From: a virus
IMG/VR virus record: IMGVR_UViG_3300034107_000314
Location: 91,260 to 155,259 of that record
Length of the DNA: 64,000 nt
Strand: one strand, 5' to 3'
In this document: positions 39,771 through 50,501 of the stretch, one piece after another
How positions within the stretch are numbered: position 1 is the first letter of the stretch
How the letters are laid out: every line of letters starts with the position of its first letter
Program-made: the position numbers and the translations under genes
Notes under the pieces: generated by a model
Told to the model about the DNA's origin: nothing
What the model saw: only the letters and a program-made list of their open reading frames with translations
The model's database searches: none

Positions 39771-40280
39771 ATGAAAATCCCAAAAAATATGACCGAGGAA
39801 CAGGTTGTCTCTACAATATCTCTGATATCTTCCCGTCTAGCGAGTAAGTATACATTCCCCAATTACGAGGAAGATGACATCACCCAAGAGGCTTTTATCA
39901 TCGGCATGGAAGCCCTTGACCGTTACGATGGTGTTAGGCCACTCGAAAATTTTCTTTCGATTCACATAAAAAACCGACTGAAGAATTTCAAGCGCGACAA
40001 CTACTATCGCCACGACGAGGGCAAGGCCGAAGAAATCCAACAGGGCAAGAAAAAACTCCTTGACGCTGGTAACATAGACGATATACGATTATTCATCTCA
40101 TCTAAAGAAAACTCAAATTCCGTAGAAGAGCGCGAACTTGTCGAGTATATAGATCTTCATTTACCTGCTAATATGCGAAGCGATTACCTTAGATTTAAAA
40201 ATGATCAGACGCTCACTAAAACTAAAAAGTCTCAATTAATCAGTTGTTTAAAAAATATACTAGAGAGATTCTATGCGTAA
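39771..40280 (+). CDS. sigma70-family (region 2) sigma-factor-like protein
   Basis: EEDDITQEAFI...EALDRYD...LENFL..HIKNRL.N.KRD. Confidence 0.75.
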   Translation: MKIPKNMTEEQVVSTISLISSRLASKYTFPNYEEDDITQEAFIIGMEALDRYDGVRPLENFLSIHIKNRLKNFKRDNYYRHDEGKAEEIQQGKKKLLDAGNIDDIRLFISSKENSNSVEERELVEYIDLHLPANMRSDYLRFKNDQTLTKTKKSQLISCLKNILERFYA

Positions 40281-41064
40281 AGGTAGACTAGACCTCAACG
40301 AACAATCTTATATTAAAAATAATATCAAAGATATGTCCTACGAGAATATAGCCACAGTCTTGGACCGAGACCCCAAATCGGTCCTATTGTGGATCAAACA
40401 AAATATTGGAGTTAATGCCAACGACCGTAAAGAGGTTGAAGCGATTAACGAACTCAAAAATAAAGCCTATTGGTATGATTTAGAGTCGCAGTTCAACGAA
40501 GACGAACTTGAGATGTTTCTTTTTCACTGGAAGAAGATGTGGTCGCAGTTCAGAGATGATGTGTTTCACACTGAAGAGATTCAAATCGTTGACACTATCA
40601 AACTAGAAATTTTGATGAACCGCAGCCTAAAAAGCCAAAATGATAATATAAAATCTATATCTAATATGGAAAAAATTATCATAGAGGAGAAAAATAAAAA
40701 CAAAGCAGATATTGACTGGGATATCGTTCTTAATCTTGAGCGGCAATTAGCAGTCTTACGGGCCTCCCAAGAAGCGATATCTCGCGACTATAAAGATTTG
40801 CAGACCAAGAAATCTTCTATGATTAAAGATTTAAAAGGTACTAGAGAGCAACGTATCAAAGCTATTGAGGATTCGAAAACCACTTTTGCTTCGTTGATTA
40901 AGAAGATTATCTTAGATGGGGATTTTCGTCGTCAGGCCGGAATGGACATGGAAAAAATGCGGATAGCTATGGATGTTGAGAGGGCAAGACTGGGCGAGGC
41001 CCACACTTACGAGGATGGAATAACAGATCAGCCATTTTTTATACCGGAAACCGTGGAAGGATAA
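40273..41064 (+). CDS. HTH/coiled-coil protein, possible terminase small subunit
   Basis: N-terminal HTH-like MSYENIATVLDRDPKSV, long helices, upstream of terL. Confidence 0.4.
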   Translation: MRKGRLDLNEQSYIKNNIKDMSYENIATVLDRDPKSVLLWIKQNIGVNANDRKEVEAINELKNKAYWYDLESQFNEDELEMFLFHWKKMWSQFRDDVFHTEEIQIVDTIKLEILMNRSLKSQNDNIKSISNMEKIIIEEKNKNKADIDWDIVLNLERQLAVLRASQEAISRDYKDLQTKKSSMIKDLKGTREQRIKAIEDSKTTFASLIKKIILDGDFRRQAGMDMEKMRIAMDVERARLGEAHTYEDGITDQPFFIPETVEG

Positions 41065-41066
41065 AT

Positions 41067-42101
41067 ATGAAGACAGCAATTGTTACAGGAATCACAGGAC
41101 AAGACGGGTCTTACTTAGCTGAATTATTACTTGCTAATAAATATAAAGTATATGGTATTTACAGAAGAACTTCTAGCCCCAACTTTTCTAGGCTTTATGA
41201 CGCTTTAAAGTATAAGAATTTCCACCTATTGGAGGGGGATATCTGCGACCCCTATCTTATATCGCGAATGTTAAAAGCTATCAAGCCCGATGAATATTAT
41301 AATCTTGCTGCCCAGTCCCATGTGGCAACTTCTTTTGATCAACCGTCCTATACGTGGGATGCAACAGCTAAAGGGGTTTTGAACGCCCTTGAAGCGATCC
41401 GTAATGAAAGCTCAGATACTAAATTCTACCAAGCAAGTTCAAGTGAAATGTTTGGTAAGAACTATACTACTGTGTATGATGACTTTGGTGAAAACCCATT
41501 AAAATTCCAAAATGAAGAAACCCCCTTTTATCCACAATCGCCCTATGCAATCGCTAAACTTGCGGGGCATCATTTAGTTCGTAATTATAGAGACTCTTAT
41601 AATATCTTTGCATGTTCTGGAATACTTTTTAACCATGAGAGTGAACGCCGGGGCGAAAACTTCGTGACCCGTAAGATCACTAAGTGGCTGGGAGAATTTA
41701 TAGCAAGTGATAAAGATAAAAAATTTCCTAAGTTGCGCCTTGGCAACCTTGATGCTCATCGTGATTGGGGCCATGCGGAAGATTATGTCAAAGCTATGTG
41801 GCTAATGCTACAGCAAGAAACCCCCGATGATTATGTTGTGGCTACTGGTAATACATATACTATTAAAGAGTTCTTAGAAGTGGCGTTCTCTCGTTATGAT
41901 CTAGACTGGGAAAAGTATGTAGTGATTGATCCTAAACTTTATCGTCCTGCTGAGGTTGAATTCCTTAGAGGGAGTCCACGAAAAGCTAAGCAAAAATTAG
42001 GTTGGTCTCCAGACGTGTCCTTCTATAAACTCGTAGAAAGAATGGTAGAACATGACGTGGCCGAAGCGAGATTATCAAAACCAACACTTCAAACAGTTTA
42101 G
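41067..42101 (+). CDS. gmd: GDP-mannose 4,6-dehydratase
   Basis: TGITGQDGSYLAE, NLAAQSHV, YQASSSEMFG, SPYAIAK, LFNHES.RRG..FVTRKIT, RDWGHA.DYV, RPAEV. Confidence 0.97.
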   Translation: MKTAIVTGITGQDGSYLAELLLANKYKVYGIYRRTSSPNFSRLYDALKYKNFHLLEGDICDPYLISRMLKAIKPDEYYNLAAQSHVATSFDQPSYTWDATAKGVLNALEAIRNESSDTKFYQASSSEMFGKNYTTVYDDFGENPLKFQNEETPFYPQSPYAIAKLAGHHLVRNYRDSYNIFACSGILFNHESERRGENFVTRKITKWLGEFIASDKDKKFPKLRLGNLDAHRDWGHAEDYVKAMWLMLQQETPDDYVVATGNTYTIKEFLEVAFSRYDLDWEKYVVIDPKLYRPAEVEFLRGSPRKAKQKLGWSPDVSFYKLVERMVEHDVAEARLSKPTLQTV

Positions 42102-42333
42102 GAGTGAAGTCCTAAGAAGAGATAAACACACTTGCCAAATGTGCAAAAGTAAAAAGCGTAAAGAGTTACAAGTCCACCATTTAAGTAGATGGGCTGACTC
42201 GCCCAGTATTAGGTATGAACCAAAAAATGGTATATGTTTATGTAAGACTTGCCATAAATCTATTACTGGATCTGAACAATGTTATGAAGCATATTTTTTT
42301 GAGATAATAAAACGAAATGAACAAAACCCCTGA
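42052..42333 (+). CDS. small HNH endonuclease
   Basis: VLRRDKHTCQMC...LQVHH...NGICLCKTCH. Confidence 0.85.
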   Translation: MTWPKRDYQNQHFKQFRSEVLRRDKHTCQMCKSKKRKELQVHHLSRWADSPSIRYEPKNGICLCKTCHKSITGSEQCYEAYFFEIIKRNEQNP

Positions 42334-42799
42334 ATTTACCATAATTAGAGATACTAGAGAACAGACCCCGTGGGAATTCCACTACGAGCATACAGTTGCT
42401 GAAGAAATAGGCACTTTAAAAACGGGCGACTATACAGTTAAAGGTTTAGAGGATAAAATATGTATTGAACGGAAGGGGTGCATTGAAGAGTTTGCTAATA
42501 ATTTAGGCAGAGAATTCACAAGATTTTCAAAAGAACTTATTCGCATGGATGAATTCCCCCATTCGTTTATTATTTGCGAGTTCCCCATACGCGATTTAAT
42601 TGAATACCCGTTTCATAAATCAAATCAACAACTACAAAAAACTAGTAAGATAAGTGGTAAATTTCTTTTAAAAGTAATTATGGAAATACAATTAAGGCAT
42701 AATGTAAAGATCATGTTTTGTGGTAATAAATACTTTGCTAATAAAACTGCCCTTTCTTTAATGAAGAGAATACATGAAAAATATAGAACAGTCACTTAA
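42317..42799 (+). CDS. ERCC4/XPF-domain nuclease
   Basis: IRDTREQ, LKTGDY, CIERK. Confidence 0.85.
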   Translation: MNKTPEFTIIRDTREQTPWEFHYEHTVAEEIGTLKTGDYTVKGLEDKICIERKGCIEEFANNLGREFTRFSKELIRMDEFPHSFIICEFPIRDLIEYPFHKSNQQLQKTSKISGKFLLKVIMEIQLRHNVKIMFCGNKYFANKTALSLMKRIHEKYRTVT

Positions 42800-44777
42800 A
42801 GACGCATGGCTTGGTGTAGATCTAAATGAAGAGGGGTTATTCAATCCATTAGATTATATCTACGATATGGCTGGCGATGACAAATCAAAAATCCCGGAAG
42901 TTCTAGCGTGGTTAATGACACGCCCTGAGTATTTCTCATTTGTCTGCAAATATATATTTAATATAGAAATATCACCTATACAAGCACTAATACTATACGA
43001 TATGTGGAATAGAAAATTTCCGATGCTTGTAGGATCGCGCGGATTTGGTAAATCATTTATATTATCTTTATATTGTATGTTAAGGGCGTTCTTTTTACCT
43101 GAGCGAAAAATTGTAGTTGTTGGCGCAGCATTCAGACAATCAAAGGTGCTATTTGAATACGCTGAAGGTATATGGCGAAATGCTCCTATATTAAGAGACT
43201 TGTGTGACCAATCTAGTGGAACCACAAGAGATGTGGATAGATGCACTGTTCGTATTAATAGGGGCATTATTACTTTCTTACCTTTGGGCGATGGGCAAAA
43301 AATTAGAGGTCAGCGCGCTAACGATATTGTTGCTGACGAATTTGCTTCTATTCCCAGAGAAATTTTTGAAAATGTTGTGGCGGGTTTTGCTGCTGTAGCT
43401 AGTTCTCCAATTGAAAAAGTTAAAGCAAGAGCCAAAGAAAAGAGAGCAAAAGAGCTAGGTATCGAACTAGAAGTTGTCGAGGACAATATCGAGTTCTATA
43501 GATCCAATCAGATTATATTATCTGGTACAGCTTATTATGATTTTAATCACTTTGCTGACTATTGGAAAAGATATCACGCAATTATTAAAAGTCAAGGGGA
43601 TCGCGGAAAATTAGCTGAAGTTTTCAATGGTGAAGTTCCAGAAGATTTCAATTGGAAAGATTATGGTGTTTATAGAATACCAGTCGAATTACTTCCCGCT
43701 GGCTTTATGGATGAGGGGCAAATCTCAAGATCCAAGGCTACAGTACATGCTGGCATATTTCAAATGGAATATGGCGCATGTTTTTCTACTGACTCCAAGG
43801 GATTTTTTAAACGTAGTTTAATTGAATCTTGTGTTTGCTCAGAAACAAAACCAATTGTGTTATCTTCAGGAGATGTATTCTTTGAAGCGTCAACTAAAGG
43901 AAACCCCAATAAGCGTTATGTAATTGGAGTTGACCCCGCTTCTGAAGTCGATAATTTCTCTATAGTAGTACTAGAAGTAAATGATGACCACAGAAGAGTG
44001 GTATATTGCTGGACAACTACAAGAGAACGTCACAGAGAAAGCGTAAAGGCCCATCTAACAGAAGACAATGATTTCTATGGATATTGCGCGCGAAAAATAC
44101 GAAATCTAATGAAAATCTTCCCAACTGTAGAAATTGCTATGGACCCCCAAGGTGGTGGTATAGCAGTGATGGAATCTTTACATGATAAAGATAAACTTAA
44201 AGATAAAGAGATAGCTATCTGGCCCAAGATAGATCCTGAAAAATCAAAAGACACAGATGATGAACCGGGATTACATATAATTGAATTATGTAATTTTTCT
44301 AGCGCCCAGTGGACAGCCGAGGCTAATCATGGATTGAGAAAAGACATGGAAGACAAAGCTATTATCTTTCCTTTTTTTGACGCTGCAACTCTAGGTCTTT
44401 CTCTTGAAGAGGATAAATTAGCAAATAGAAAACATGATACTCTTGAAGATTGCGTAATGGAAATCGAAGAATTAAAAAACGAATTGTCGCTTATTGTTAT
44501 TTCACAGAGTCAAAGCGGTAGAGAAAGATGGGATACCCCAGACACGCGAAGTGGTAAGAAAAATAAATTACGGAAGGATAGATACTCCGCTCTTATTATG
44601 TCTAACTGGTCTGCTAGAAAATTAAATTCGCAAAAAGAAAGTATTATATATGATGAAGATTACTATGCTAATGTTGGATTTGCTCAGAATTATGTTGGCG
44701 AGCGAGCTGGGAATGACTTATATCATGGTCCTCAATGGTTTTCAGAAAATATGAAAGATATTTATAACATTTATTGA
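42774..44777 (+). CDS. terL: terminase large subunit
   Basis: Walker A GSRGFGKS, RGQRANDIVADEFA Walker B, FQMEY, nuclease IGVDPA, KDRYSA. Confidence 0.92.
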   Translation: MKNIEQSLKDAWLGVDLNEEGLFNPLDYIYDMAGDDKSKIPEVLAWLMTRPEYFSFVCKYIFNIEISPIQALILYDMWNRKFPMLVGSRGFGKSFILSLYCMLRAFFLPERKIVVVGAAFRQSKVLFEYAEGIWRNAPILRDLCDQSSGTTRDVDRCTVRINRGIITFLPLGDGQKIRGQRANDIVADEFASIPREIFENVVAGFAAVASSPIEKVKARAKEKRAKELGIELEVVEDNIEFYRSNQIILSGTAYYDFNHFADYWKRYHAIIKSQGDRGKLAEVFNGEVPEDFNWKDYGVYRIPVELLPAGFMDEGQISRSKATVHAGIFQMEYGACFSTDSKGFFKRSLIESCVCSETKPIVLSSGDVFFEASTKGNPNKRYVIGVDPASEVDNFSIVVLEVNDDHRRVVYCWTTTRERHRESVKAHLTEDNDFYGYCARKIRNLMKIFPTVEIAMDPQGGGIAVMESLHDKDKLKDKEIAIWPKIDPEKSKDTDDEPGLHIIELCNFSSAQWTAEANHGLRKDMEDKAIIFPFFDAATLGLSLEEDKLANRKHDTLEDCVMEIEELKNELSLIVISQSQSGRERWDTPDTRSGKKNKLRKDRYSALIMSNWSARKLNSQKESIIYDEDYYANVGFAQNYVGERAGNDLYHGPQWFSENMKDIYNIY

Positions 44778-44837
44778 ATTTAATGTGTATGTATTAGTAA
44801 TTGCATTGTCAATACTATTACATGGAGAAACGATATT

Positions 44838-46943
44838 ATGAGTGATTTATATTCTACTTGGGGCGACGATTCATCCAAAGAAAAAGCCTTAGCTCAATCT
44901 CAGGACGCTTATACAGAACATGGACCTATACAAAAAGCTCAGGCTTACTCCTATAGATCATATATAGATATTGAACCAAATCGCTCAGTTAGAACAAGTA
45001 TCACTAGAAATGATTACTATCGTTTTCGTCCAGAGGAATCAATTCCTACTCGTCAAAAAAGAATTTTGAAGATGTGCATGGATGCATACGATAGAGTTGG
45101 GATTATCAGAAATGTTATTGACCTAATGGGCGACTTCTCGTCTCAAGGCATTCAAATTGTACACCCCAATAAAGCTATTGAAAGATTTTATCGTAAGTGG
45201 TTTGAACAGGTAAAAGGAATAGAAAAGTCAGAAAGATTTTTAAATTACTTGTATCGCTGCGGAAATGTTGTTGTTAAAAGAAGAACTGCTAAAATTAACG
45301 CTGCAAAAGAAGAAGAATTAAGACGCGCTGCTGGCGCAGATATTGAAATTGAAAATAAGAAATATGCTAAAAGAGAAATACCTTGGCAGTATGATTTTCT
45401 TAATCCATTAACTGTAGATGTGATTAATTATTACAATGGTATGTTTCTCGGAGAACCTATGTTTGTTCTCAATCTATCTAAGACAACATACGATACATTC
45501 TCTTCTTCTGACGTATCAGGGAAGCAAACATTCTCGCGATTGCCTCCAGATGTTCAAAAGCAAATTAGCATGGGTAAAAGACAAATCCCATTGAACAGCG
45601 AAGAAATACAGGTCTTCTATTATAAAAAAGATGACTGGCTAGTATGGGCAAATCCAATGGTATACGCTATTCTTGATGATCTTATCATGCTAGAAAAAAT
45701 GAAACTTGCTGACTTAGCTGCTCTTGACGGGGCTATCTCTCAAATTAGACTATGGAGAGTTGGTAGTTTAGACCATAAGATTATTCCAAAAAGAGATGTT
45801 ATTAATAAATTAAGAGACATCTTAGCTAGTAATACTGGCGGTGGAACTATGGATTTAATCTGGGGTCCAGAGCTAGACTTTAAAGAGAGTCAATCTCAAG
45901 TTTATAAATTCTTAGGAAGTGAAAAATATCAACCCGTTCTAACGAGTATTTATGCTGGGCTAGGTATTCCACCAACATTAACTGGTGCTGGCGGGTCTAG
46001 TGGTGGGTATGCTAACAACTATGTGTCATTAAAAACCTTAGTTGAGCGATTAGAATACGGCAGACAAATGTTAACTCAGTTCTGGAATAAAGAAATTGAA
46101 ATTATTCAAAAGGCTATGGGGTTCAGATTTCCTGCTCAAATTAGATTTGACAATATTATACTTTCAGATGAATCAGCGGAGAAACAACTTCTTATCAATC
46201 TTGCTGATAGAGGTATTCTTTCTGACCAAACAATTCTTGAAAGATTTGGCGAAATGCCAGACATTGAAAAGATTAGAGTACGCAGAGAAGAACAAACTCG
46301 TAGAAGTGATTCTAGTTCACCAATGAAAGCAAGCCCATATCATAATCCAAATATTAGAAATGACGTAGCAAAAATTCTATCTACTAAAGATGGATTAGAT
46401 GATGAATATTATCATGATGAGCTAGATCTTCCAAAGAGAGATATTGTTCCTCCAGCTCCTAAAACTCCGTTTGGTGGTGGCGCACCCGATGCTCCAAAAC
46501 CTGTTGACGGGAGTCCACAAGGAGGTAGGCCAGCTAATCAAAAAGATAAGGTCAAGAGAAAGACAAAGAATGTAGCCCCCACTTCATCAGCCGCAGTACT
46601 ATGGGCGTACAATGCTCAAAAAGCAATAGCAGATGAGATAACACCCATGATACTAGATTTTTATGATAAGAAAAATGTTAGGTCTTTAACCAAGGCTGAA
46701 TTTGATCAATTAGAATATTTTAAATTATGTCTATTGACAAATATTGAACCGTTTATTGAACTAAATCCAGAAATTATTAAACAACTTATTGATAATAGTG
46801 GCAAGCCATCTGTAGACTTTTTAAATGAAATTAATAGTGAAACAGATTCATTTGTGTATGCTAATAAGAGAAAGCCAAATACAGATGAAATGAAGTATAT
46901 CTACGCTTCTATTTATGTAAAATTACTAGAAGTTGAAGTATAA
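44838..46943 (+). CDS. portal protein
   Basis: Immediately after terL, 701 aa, YDRVGIIRNVIDLMGDF, AGLGIPPTL, GGRP tail. Confidence 0.75.
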   Translation: MSDLYSTWGDDSSKEKALAQSQDAYTEHGPIQKAQAYSYRSYIDIEPNRSVRTSITRNDYYRFRPEESIPTRQKRILKMCMDAYDRVGIIRNVIDLMGDFSSQGIQIVHPNKAIERFYRKWFEQVKGIEKSERFLNYLYRCGNVVVKRRTAKINAAKEEELRRAAGADIEIENKKYAKREIPWQYDFLNPLTVDVINYYNGMFLGEPMFVLNLSKTTYDTFSSSDVSGKQTFSRLPPDVQKQISMGKRQIPLNSEEIQVFYYKKDDWLVWANPMVYAILDDLIMLEKMKLADLAALDGAISQIRLWRVGSLDHKIIPKRDVINKLRDILASNTGGGTMDLIWGPELDFKESQSQVYKFLGSEKYQPVLTSIYAGLGIPPTLTGAGGSSGGYANNYVSLKTLVERLEYGRQMLTQFWNKEIEIIQKAMGFRFPAQIRFDNIILSDESAEKQLLINLADRGILSDQTILERFGEMPDIEKIRVRREEQTRRSDSSSPMKASPYHNPNIRNDVAKILSTKDGLDDEYYHDELDLPKRDIVPPAPKTPFGGGAPDAPKPVDGSPQGGRPANQKDKVKRKTKNVAPTSSAAVLWAYNAQKAIADEITPMILDFYDKKNVRSLTKAEFDQLEYFKLCLLTNIEPFIELNPEIIKQLIDNSGKPSVDFLNEINSETDSFVYANKRKPNTDEMKYIYASIYVKLLEVEV

Positions 46944-46961
46944 TGTGTATACTTTTATGAG

Positions 46962-48419
46962 GTGAAAAATACTATGCAGATATTTAAAGCAGAGATTAAA
47001 GCTGGAATCGCAGACAAAATACAGAATAACTCAATAGCATTTTGCTCTGAAGTAATTCCATATACGCCTACGGAAACAGATATAAATAACTGTAAATCTA
47101 TTAAAGCTGTTGCTGAAAATAAAAATCAAATGGATTTATATTATATTAAATCTATCCTTGCTAGTGTTGGATGGAATAAAAATGACGATGTTTTTGATCC
47201 AATTGAAACTTGGAAAGCAAAATCAACGCCAGAAGATAAGCAATTTAATTATATGCATGATGAAAAAGATATCATTGGACATATTACTAGTTGCTATGCA
47301 GCTGATGCAGATGGTAATATACTGCCTGATTTTAACGATATGTCGCAAGTGCCTTCTGTTTTTGATATCGTAATAGGATCTGTTTTATATACTAGCTGGT
47401 CTGCCGCAGAATTAAAAAATCGAACCAAAGAAATTATATCCGATATTGAAAATGGTCAGACATGGCACGTTTCAATGGAATGTCTTTTTCCACAATTTGA
47501 TTATGCTCTTATTGATGCTGTTGGATCTACTAAAATAGTAAAAAGAGAAGAATCTTCAGCTTTTTTAACTAAACATTTAAGAGCTTATGGAGGCAAAGGC
47601 GAATATAATGGGTATAAAGTTGGTAGACTTTTACGTAGTTTTTCCTTTTCTGGTGTAGGATTAGTTAAGAAACCTGCAAATCCACGTAGTGTTATTTTAA
47701 ATCACCAAAAATCTATTAATTTTAATGTATCGAAATCCGAGGAGATTATTATGCAAGATGATTTAGAAATTTTAAAAGCTGAACTTGCAGAAGCAAAAAA
47801 GGCTACTGACAAGATGAAAGAAGAAGCTGAAAAGGCTGAAAAAGCAAAAAATGAAATTGATTCAACCGTTGCAGATCTTCAATCTCAACTTTCCCAAGCC
47901 AATGAAACTATTGCTGCTGAAAAAAGCGCAAAAGAAAAGATGGCTGAAGAAATGAAAAAGATGAAAGAAAAAGCTGAAATGAATCAAGACGAATTAGACA
48001 AAATGAAAAAAGAAAAGCAAATGTCAAAGCGCAAAGCTGAATTGTCTGAAGCTGGATTAGATGAGTCTGAAGTTGAAGAAGCTTCTGCTAATTTCGAATC
48101 TTTAGCTGATGATATGTTCGGTACAATCGTTGCTGCCTTAAAGAAAGCTAAAATGGCTGCAAAGCCTAAGCAAACCCCAGCGGAAGCCAAAGAAGGTGAA
48201 AAGCCAACTGGTCCTGATGGCGATAAGGCAAAGAAGAAACCTGCTTTTGCTTCTGAAGAAATTGACAACAATGAAGTAGAAGCTAGTGCATTAGACACCG
48301 CAGTTGCTACAGAAGGTCAAATTCCAATGGTAGATGTAGCAGAGGAAGAATCTTTAAGATCTTTCGCAAGCGATTGGTTCGGTTCAAAAGTTCTTAAATC
48401 AACAGCTAATATTAAGTAA
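46962..48419 (+). CDS. prohead protease / scaffold fusion
   Basis: WNKNDDVF, H..KDIIGH, VSMEC, FSGVGLVKKPANPRS, then a Glu/Lys coiled-coil; start may be the ATG at 46974. Confidence 0.75.
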   Translation: MKNTMQIFKAEIKAGIADKIQNNSIAFCSEVIPYTPTETDINNCKSIKAVAENKNQMDLYYIKSILASVGWNKNDDVFDPIETWKAKSTPEDKQFNYMHDEKDIIGHITSCYAADADGNILPDFNDMSQVPSVFDIVIGSVLYTSWSAAELKNRTKEIISDIENGQTWHVSMECLFPQFDYALIDAVGSTKIVKREESSAFLTKHLRAYGGKGEYNGYKVGRLLRSFSFSGVGLVKKPANPRSVILNHQKSINFNVSKSEEIIMQDDLEILKAELAEAKKATDKMKEEAEKAEKAKNEIDSTVADLQSQLSQANETIAAEKSAKEKMAEEMKKMKEKAEMNQDELDKMKKEKQMSKRKAELSEAGLDESEVEEASANFESLADDMFGTIVAALKKAKMAAKPKQTPAEAKEGEKPTGPDGDKAKKKPAFASEEIDNNEVEASALDTAVATEGQIPMVDVAEEESLRSFASDWFGSKVLKSTANIK

Positions 48420-48437
48420 TTAAAGGAGCTTATTAAA

Positions 48438-48917
48438 ATGGCTTTAAAATCAGATCGTTACGAGTTTCAAACAGATGTTAGTTTCTTCATGAATGAAGTC
48501 GCTGAAAGAGGTGGAGTTGTTACTTTGGCATCCACCAGCACACCTTCTGGATCAGCTATGGATTCTTCAGTTAACGTAGTTACCTATGTTGCTAATCCAT
48601 CAGGCAAAGTCCCAATCGGTATTCTTTTAAATGACATGGTTAATCTTGATCTCACACGCCAGCACATCAACTGGCACAAAGATGAGATTCAAAAGGGTGG
48701 TAAAGTTACGATTCTTCGTAAAGGTTATGTCGTTACCAATAGGATTTCAGGCACAGGCACACCAGTTGCTGGCGATGCTGCTTACGTTGCCGATAGTGGT
48801 CTTATTTCGACATCAACAAGAGGCGTTGCTTTAGACGCTGGAGCTGTTAAAATTGGTCGTTTCTTGACAGCTAAAGATTCTGATGGTTACGCTAAAGTTG
48901 AAATCAACCTTCCATAA
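48438..48917 (+). CDS. head decoration / capsid cement protein
   Basis: Between scaffold and capsid, 159 aa, beta-rich, ends in AKVEINLP. Confidence 0.6.
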   Translation: MALKSDRYEFQTDVSFFMNEVAERGGVVTLASTSTPSGSAMDSSVNVVTYVANPSGKVPIGILLNDMVNLDLTRQHINWHKDEIQKGGKVTILRKGYVVTNRISGTGTPVAGDAAYVADSGLISTSTRGVALDAGAVKIGRFLTAKDSDGYAKVEINLP

Positions 48918-48947
48918 TTATAAATAAAAGAAATAGGAGAATATCGA

Positions 48948-49949
48948 ATGTTAACAAGACCAAGTAATGAGTTTATTCAGTTGTTGTCTCGTTCAGGTAG
49001 CTCAGATAAATCTGTAGCACTTGACGCGCAAAGAGAAATCGCCAAAGCTTTGGAACTTCCATTGCGTAAAGGCATCATGTTTGGTGATGTAGTCACCGGC
49101 ATTTTCGAGAAGATGGTTATTGAGCCGGGTTCACAACCTGAATTCCCTCTTGACCTTCTTGCTCCCGGTACAGAGCGCGATTACACCGCTTATACCAATC
49201 CGGGCCACGGCCGTATTCCTGAGAAGCACGTTGAAGGCGATTACGTCATGGTTAACACCTACGGCATCACCAACAGCATTGACTTCTTACTCCGTTACGC
49301 CAGAGAAGCTCGTTGGGACATCGTAGCTCGCGCTATGCAAGTTCTTGAAGCTGGTTTCGTTAAGAAGATTAACGACGATGGCTGGCACACAATCCTTGCT
49401 GCTGCTGTTGACCGCAACATTCTCGTCTACGATGGCGATGCTGCTGCTGGCCAATTCACCAAGAGATTGATTTCTCTATGTAAGACTGTTATGCGTAGAA
49501 ACGGTGGCGGTAACACAGTTACAGCTACTGGTCGTTTGACAGATCTTTATCTTTCACCTGAAGCCTTGGAAGATATCCGTAACTGGGGTATCGATCAACT
49601 TGACGAAGTTTCTCGTAGAGAAGTTTATCAAGCTGCTAGCGATGGCGCTCCATTGACAAGAATCTTCGGCGTTAACTTGACCGATCTTTTCGAGTTGGGT
49701 GATGGTCAAGAATATCAAACATTCTTCACAAGTGATCTTTCTGGATCTCTTGGACCAAACTCTGATGTTGAACTTATCGTTGGCTTGGACCTCAATGCTA
49801 AAGATAGCTTTGTTATGCCAGTCAAGAGAGAAGTTGAAATCTTCGAAGACGAAGGTCTTCACAGACAACAACGTCAAGGTTATTATGGATGGGCTGAACT
49901 TGGTTTCGGCGTTCTTGATAATCGTCGTGTTCTTGCAGCTAGCTTCTAA
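48948..49949 (+). CDS. major capsid protein
   Basis: 333 aa, position in the head module, strong codon bias, followed by a terminator. Confidence 0.75.
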   Translation: MLTRPSNEFIQLLSRSGSSDKSVALDAQREIAKALELPLRKGIMFGDVVTGIFEKMVIEPGSQPEFPLDLLAPGTERDYTAYTNPGHGRIPEKHVEGDYVMVNTYGITNSIDFLLRYAREARWDIVARAMQVLEAGFVKKINDDGWHTILAAAVDRNILVYDGDAAAGQFTKRLISLCKTVMRRNGGGNTVTATGRLTDLYLSPEALEDIRNWGIDQLDEVSRREVYQAASDGAPLTRIFGVNLTDLFELGDGQEYQTFFTSDLSGSLGPNSDVELIVGLDLNAKDSFVMPVKREVEIFEDEGLHRQQRQGYYGWAELGFGVLDNRRVLAASF

Positions 49950-49973
49950 TTTAAAGTTAGTAAATATTAAAAA

Positions 49974-50003
49974 TAAGGGTGGACTTTTGTCTGCCCTTTT
50001 TTT
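49974..50003 (+). terminator. intrinsic terminator after the capsid gene
   Basis: AAGGGTGGAC-TTTT-GTCTGCCCTT-TTTTT. Confidence 0.85.
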
Positions 50004-50051
50004 ATTATGTGTATATATGAATGATATTTACATTTTTTGTGGAGGAATAAA

Positions 50052-50483
50052 ATGAGCGCACTTAGTACTTATCTTGAGTCTGGATTATTAAAACATATTT
50101 TTCTTGGCGTAGCTATGCCAGCAGAATTTGATACTGTTTATGTAGGATTAGTTAAAAATTTTGACTCTGGAAAACTTGAAGGAAGCGATTTTACAGATGA
50201 GCCAGCAATAGGCGACAGTTATGGTAGAATAGCAGTGCCTTCAAATACTAGCAGTTGGTCTAATCCATATATTTCTGGTACTGCGATGGCTATTAATAAT
50301 GTATCGGGTTTTCAGTTTAAACAAGCTCAAGTAGATCTTGGATTTATATCTGGCGTATTTATAGCAAATGCTAGTACCGGAGGCAAAGTATTACTATATG
50401 GAAGATTGACTAATGGAAGAGAGGTCAATGAAGGAAACCAGTTTGTTTTTTCTTCTGGAGCTTTAAAAATTACATTTAATTAA
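50052..50483 (+). CDS. virion structural protein
   Basis: GGAGG RBS; MSALSTYLE..LL.H, VYVGL, YGR.AV, GG.VL.YG.L, F.FSSGALKIT pattern common in phage tail regions. Confidence 0.65.
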   Translation: MSALSTYLESGLLKHIFLGVAMPAEFDTVYVGLVKNFDSGKLEGSDFTDEPAIGDSYGRIAVPSNTSSWSNPYISGTAMAINNVSGFQFKQAQVDLGFISGVFIANASTGGKVLLYGRLTNGREVNEGNQFVFSSGALKITFN

Positions 50484-50501
50484 ATCTATCAAGGATAAGA
50501 A